Assembly (NCBI GenBank): GCA_943356445.1
Contig: CALREZ010000002.1
Span: 54,473-110,102, forward strand
Length of the DNA: 55,630 nt
Direction of reading: 5' to 3'
From: Candidatus Nomurabacteria bacterium
GTDB taxonomy: Bacteria; Patescibacteriota; Minisyncoccia; Phycocordibacterales; CAIJYI01
The position numbers were made by a program, and so were the translations under genes. Positions 52,055 through 55,630 of the stretch are shown here, in pieces. Positions within the stretch are counted from its first letter, which is position 1. The number at the start of each line of letters is the position of its first letter. Under the pieces are notes generated by a model that saw only the letters and a list, made by a program, of their open reading frames with translations, was not told the origin of the DNA and did not search any database.

Positions 52055-52558
52055 ATGAATAATTTGCAAGAATCAATCGCGAAAAGAATCCCGCTCATAT
52101 TTCTTCGAACGGTCGTTGTTTTGATCGGCGTCGGCGTTCTTGTTTTTATGCTTTGGGAACCGCACCTTGAGGGACGAAATGCTCACGCCACGCTCTTTCA
52201 AATATATTTCAACGACCCATTTTTGGCATATGCGTATACCGCGTCCATTGCATTTTTTACAGCGATATATCAGACGTTTAGATTGATCGGATATATTGGA
52301 AAAAATAAAGCATTCTCTCCAAATTCGGTGAGGTCTTTGCGGACGATAAAATACTGCGCGATGGCCATTATCGGTTTTGTCGCGGCGCCGGTAGTCTACC
52401 TCTTTATCGTTCGCCCCGGTGACGACATCGCCGGTGGTGTTGCGGTGGGTCTTTTCCTGATTTTTGTTTCTGTTGTCGCTGCCTCTGTCGCATCAGTACT
52501 AGAAAGAATTTTACAAAGTGTTGTGGCTATAAAGAATGAGGACGATTTAACTGTTTAA
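52055..52558 (+). CDS. DUF2975-family membrane protein
   Basis: Four TM segments. KNKAFSPNSVRSLRTIKYCA and the C-terminal ENEDDLTV-type ending match my recollection of DUF2975 proteins. Confidence 0.65.
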   Translation: MNNLQESIAKRIPLIFLRTVVVLIGVGVLVFMLWEPHLEGRNAHATLFQIYFNDPFLAYAYTASIAFFTAIYQTFRLIGYIGKNKAFSPNSVRSLRTIKYCAMAIIGFVAAPVVYLFIVRPGDDIAGGVAVGLFLIFVSVVAASVASVLERILQSVVAIKNEDDLTV

Positions 52559-52576
52559 TAAATAGGATAATACACC

Positions 52577-52606
52577 AAAAAAGAGCGATTCGTATCGCTC
52601 TTTTTG
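52577..52606 (+). terminator. Intrinsic terminator
   Basis: aaaaaagagcgat tcgt atcgctcttttt. Confidence 0.85.
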
Positions 52607-52714
52607 TCACTTGCATTACAAATCTGTTGAAAACGCGAATTACTCGGACATCTTCGGAGTTGACTTGTGCTCAAGGACAAAAATATCACTTTCTTAAAAG
52701 AGGGTTAAAAATTA

Positions 52715-53875
52715 TTATTCTTGAGACCATGCGTTAATTTTAGACTCGATAAACCTCCGATCCGCTAGATCATATCCATCTTTGTTCAAAAATACCTTTC
52801 CAAAAGCCTCCCTTGTTATTTTTTTAATTGAATATTGTTTATATAATTCCTGCTTTTCATAAAAAGAAAACCAATGTTTTTGTTTTGCCTGAGTAAGAGC
52901 TTCAACAAAATCCGGATCATTAAAAAGTTCCAACGACATTAAGATTATTTTTTGAATGTAGACTGAAAATTTTTCGATAGTTTTGTTTAATGTTGCCGCG
53001 GTCATTTCATCGGGATCAGCGTGTATATACTTTGATCTTTCCTTGTAATATTTTTCAATATCAATTGAAATTGCACCAGTGAGATTACAAAGTATGAGGT
53101 CTGTTTTTTTAGCTAATTTTTTTCCACTCGGTTTTTCTGTTCCGATCAGGGCATCAAGCGCCGTGCAAAGATATATAAGCCTTAAATTGTTTTTATCTTT
53201 CGCCTCGGGGTTTAAATAATTTTTCTCGGAAGTAAAATACGTTTGCCCGAAAAAATATATCCCATTATTGACTCTTTTATACCAACTTTCAAAAATTGTC
53301 CCAGGATTTTCAAGGGCTTTTTTCCTTAAATTTTCAGCAAGAATTGAATACTTTCTATAAAATAGAAGAAAGTCTTCAACATCTTTTTGGTAGAGATATG
53401 AATATCCATCATTAAAATTCTGACCAAAATCAAAAAAAGGAATTATGTCCTTTCCACCAACAAAACCATACGGGGCGAACAAGTCACCCTTGCAGAATAA
53501 CCTTAAAAAGGTTAAAGGGTTTCTTATTTTGTTTTCAAAAGTATGAGGGAAAATTATTAGACTGTCAGGATCTTCTTGTGTAAACGAAAAAAGAAAACCT
53601 GAGTTAAATCTTAAACATATATTTTTTGCAGGGAAAACAGTCTGTATTTTAAAGGTTGCTTCTTCAATTATAATATCTTCGTCAAAAGTCGGGTTTTCAG
53701 AATTTTTTGATAAGGTGATTACTTTGGACAGTTTTATAAGCTTGATGTCAGTATTAGGAATATTCCAAGAACAAGCTATCTTTGCGGGGGACTCCTCGTC
53801 TGTAAGTGAGTCCGAAAGATAAAAGGATGTAAGAGGAACTAATACTAGATGTTTTTTGGTGGCGTTTTTGTTCAT
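52715..53875 (-). CDS. Hypothetical protein with a C-terminal HEPN-like (Rx4H) motif
   Basis: 386 aa from MNKNATKK. The C-terminal half has LIYLCTALDALIG and then YYKERSKYIHAD (R-x4-H at nt 53021-53038), as in Apea/Abi-type HEPN domains. The N-terminal half is unrecognised. AT-rich relative to neighbouring genes. Confidence 0.5.
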   Translation of the reverse strand: MNKNATKKHLVLVPLTSFYLSDSLTDEESPAKIACSWNIPNTDIKLIKLSKVITLSKNSENPTFDEDIIIEEATFKIQTVFPAKNICLRFNSGFLFSFTQEDPDSLIIFPHTFENKIRNPLTFLRLFCKGDLFAPYGFVGGKDIIPFFDFGQNFNDGYSYLYQKDVEDFLLFYRKYSILAENLRKKALENPGTIFESWYKRVNNGIYFFGQTYFTSEKNYLNPEAKDKNNLRLIYLCTALDALIGTEKPSGKKLAKKTDLILCNLTGAISIDIEKYYKERSKYIHADPDEMTAATLNKTIEKFSVYIQKIILMSLELFNDPDFVEALTQAKQKHWFSFYEKQELYKQYSIKKITREAFGKVFLNKDGYDLADRRFIESKINAWSQE

Positions 53876-54179
53876 GGAATTACTATAGCAAAAAACCAAG
53901 ACAATATCTTGGTTTTTTTGCATCGCCTTGCTATGTTTATGGGTCACACCAACTCCATTAGTAGTCGGGTCATGAAACTAACAGGTTGTCAATGCGGTGT
54001 ATTCGGGTTAAGTACCCACGGTTGTAGACCTTGTAAGGGTATTTTAGCATACTTTCGACTCGGCTGACGAGGTACTCGGGTCGGGGTCTATTTTTTTCTG
54101 TCGTTAACAAAAATGCGACAAATGCGACAGTCCTATGTTCCGTCAGTAACTTTATGAAGCGTTTTTAACGTGATACCAT

Positions 54180-55028
54180 ATGGATATGACTGAAAAGCGA
54201 AAAACCAAAAAACAAAAGCCGGTAAAAACCTCTCAACAGGAGCTTTTTCGCAGATTTCCTTCATACAAAAGCAATCTTGATACGATGAAATTGCTGACCA
54301 CTTCCGCACTCTTTCAAGCAATGGTAAAAGACTGCCGTGAATTTTTGGAGATTCCAGAAAATGGCTTACTGATGGAAGACAAAATAAAGGAAGAATGGAC
54401 GAACAGAATACACGCCAGATCCGATGAAAAAATATCAGATGAGGCGTTTTGGAGAAAAATAAAAAAGATTGGTAAGGACGTTCAAAACGAAGTAACGGAC
54501 GAAGAAATGGCAAAGAAACAACGACAACTTATTCACAATGATATACCGTGGAATTATTTAACATACAACATTAATTACATTATCGAAAAATTCAGCCTGC
54601 CTCTTAACTTTACAGAGAGTCTGCGACGATATGTACTACATAACGAAATATCAGCTCCTCTTTACAACTTCGCTATCGGCCCATGGACGGAAGGAACAAT
54701 GAAAATATCCGGCTTGTCATATTTACCGATCACCATATACGCCAAACTGACGAATAAAGAACTAAAACAACTGAAGGCACAAACGGAATCTTCTCTAACG
54801 AAAAATCTTCCAAAATACGACGACCTTAAAGACATCGACACAGAAATCGAGTTGGATAAGTGGAATCGTCACAAGGAAAGGTTTGACGAAGTTGAACGAA
54901 AAAAATACAAAACGACAGCAAAAGAAATTTCCAAGAATATTTTAGGGAGCAAAAGAAAAACCCAACGTGTTTATGACAGCACAAGAAAATTGAAAAAGTT
55001 GAGGAAACAAAGATTTGGAATTGAATGA
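54180..55028 (+). CDS. Hypothetical Lys-rich protein (282 aa)
   Basis: Clean ORF with basic N- and C-termini. No recognisable motif. Confidence 0.5.
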   Translation: MDMTEKRKTKKQKPVKTSQQELFRRFPSYKSNLDTMKLLTTSALFQAMVKDCREFLEIPENGLLMEDKIKEEWTNRIHARSDEKISDEAFWRKIKKIGKDVQNEVTDEEMAKKQRQLIHNDIPWNYLTYNINYIIEKFSLPLNFTESLRRYVLHNEISAPLYNFAIGPWTEGTMKISGLSYLPITIYAKLTNKELKQLKAQTESSLTKNLPKYDDLKDIDTEIELDKWNRHKERFDEVERKKYKTTAKEISKNILGSKRKTQRVYDSTRKLKKLRKQRFGIE

Positions 55029-55065
55029 TTCACTCAATTCCAAATGTAAAATAGCACTCGTGATT

Positions 55066-55100
55066 TAATAAACTTGTAACTCAATGTTACAAGTTTATTA
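55066..55100 (+). terminator. Perfect 15-bp hairpin (terminator or operator) upstream of the ParB-like gene
   Basis: taataaacttgtaac tcaat gttacaagtttatta. Confidence 0.6.
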
Positions 55101-55118
55101 CTAATAAAAAATAATATC

Positions 55119-55630
55119 ATGAGCGACAAAAAACTCATCATCGTCGAAGTTCCGATCAACGAACTTCAGCCGGCACAATATAATCCTCGCAAGCACTCTA
55201 AAGAGCAAGCGGAACAGCTCAAGGAATCGATCATCAGATTCGGTATGGTAGATCCCGTGATCTGCAATATCGCAGAGGAAAGAAAAAACATTATCATCGG
55301 CGGACATTTCCGTTTTGAGATGGCGAAGGAACTCGGAATGGAAACCGTGCCCGTTGTATATGTGAATATTCCTGATACTGAGAAAGAAAAAGAACTGAAC
55401 CTTAGATTGAACAAGAACACCGGAGAATTCGATCTCGAACTTTTGGCGGAATTCGACGAGTCGTTTCTGAAAGATATCGGTTTTGACAGCGAGGAGTTGG
55501 ACGATATTTTCCCTGAAGAAAAAACGGTGGAAATGTTTGATCTCAAAAAGGAACTGGAAAAACTAAACATCACGAATGTAACGGTTCAGAAGGGTGACAT
55601 CTATGAGCTCGACGGTTCTCGTCTTCTCTG
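55119..55630 (+). CDS. ParB-like nuclease domain protein, probably fused to a DNA methyltransferase (3' end outside window)
   Basis: Not in the ORF track because it runs off the window. MSDKKLIIVEVPINELQPAQYNPRKH .. IIGGHFRFEMAKELG is a ParB/Srx N-terminal domain. The last residues GDIYELDGSRLL(C) match the usual start of the N4/N6 methylase module in ParB-methylase fusions. Confidence 0.78.
   Translation, partial: MSDKKLIIVEVPINELQPAQYNPRKHSKEQAEQLKESIIRFGMVDPVICNIAEERKNIIIGGHFRFEMAKELGMETVPVVYVNIPDTEKEKELNLRLNKNTGEFDLELLAEFDESFLKDIGFDSEELDDIFPEEKTVEMFDLKKELEKLNITNVTVQKGDIYELDGSRLL

Noticed and set aside
1-55630. Alternative genetic code (UGA recoding, as in some candidate phyla)
   Set aside because: Conserved proteins (ribosomal proteins, SecY, RecG, PepN, Pgk) are full length under the standard code. 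TGA also ends at least one plausible ORF (12969-12971). There is no sign of in-frame TGA interruptions.

Overview
This gene-dense window (about 60 credible CDS, one tRNA, no rRNA, no CRISPR array) looks like it comes from a small-genome bacterium of the Candidate Phyla Radiation / Patescibacteria type. That placement is an inference. It rests on a ribosomal cluster with no L30 gene between S5 and L15, a type IV pilus module with very large pseudopilins, ComEC DNA-uptake genes, only fragments of central metabolism (tpiA, pgk, one aldehyde dehydrogenase), many peptidases (M18, M1, two M50, three CPBP, C45), and AT-rich palindromic intergenic elements. The standard genetic code fits.

Layout, in order:
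- pilB (partial), pilC and three pilin-like genes
- tpiA and pgk
- an M18 aminopeptidase, a HIT protein and recJ
- an RNase HI fusion and a polysaccharide deacetylase
- the ComEC channel part
- a methyltransferase, rlmB, DedA, an ATP-cone/endonuclease fusion and an M50 protease
- the ComEC metallo-beta-lactamase part
- rpmB and a second M50 protease
- rpsL-rpsG
- an accessory cassette (CPBP gene, repeat-protein gene, CPBP gene)
- rpsN-rpsH-rplF-rplR-rpsE-rplO-secY
- an accessory island: NYN protein, HExxH protein, PRTase-like protein, HTH/LAGLIDADG-like protein, tRNA-Ile(UAU), a tRNA fragment and three small genes
- recG, prmC, pepN, a MATE transporter, an aldehyde dehydrogenase, a metallophosphoesterase, a C45 peptidase, a Kazal-like protein, a TipAS-only protein, a third CPBP gene, a solitary MazF-like toxin and an ABC-F ATPase
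- a terminal island with an HEPN-like protein and a ParB-methyltransferase

The candidates I rank highest for a second look:
1. The duplicated CPBP genes flanking a tandem-repeat surface protein. The cassette sits exactly where EF-G/EF-Tu and the S10 operon would normally lie.
2. The NYN / HExxH / PRTase-like cassette after secY, next to a UAU-anticodon tRNA-Ile and a tRNA-derived scar.
3. The HEPN-motif protein beside a ParB-methyltransferase.
4. A family of long AT-rich nested palindromes.

None of these could be checked against databases here. All family calls rest on motifs read by eye.
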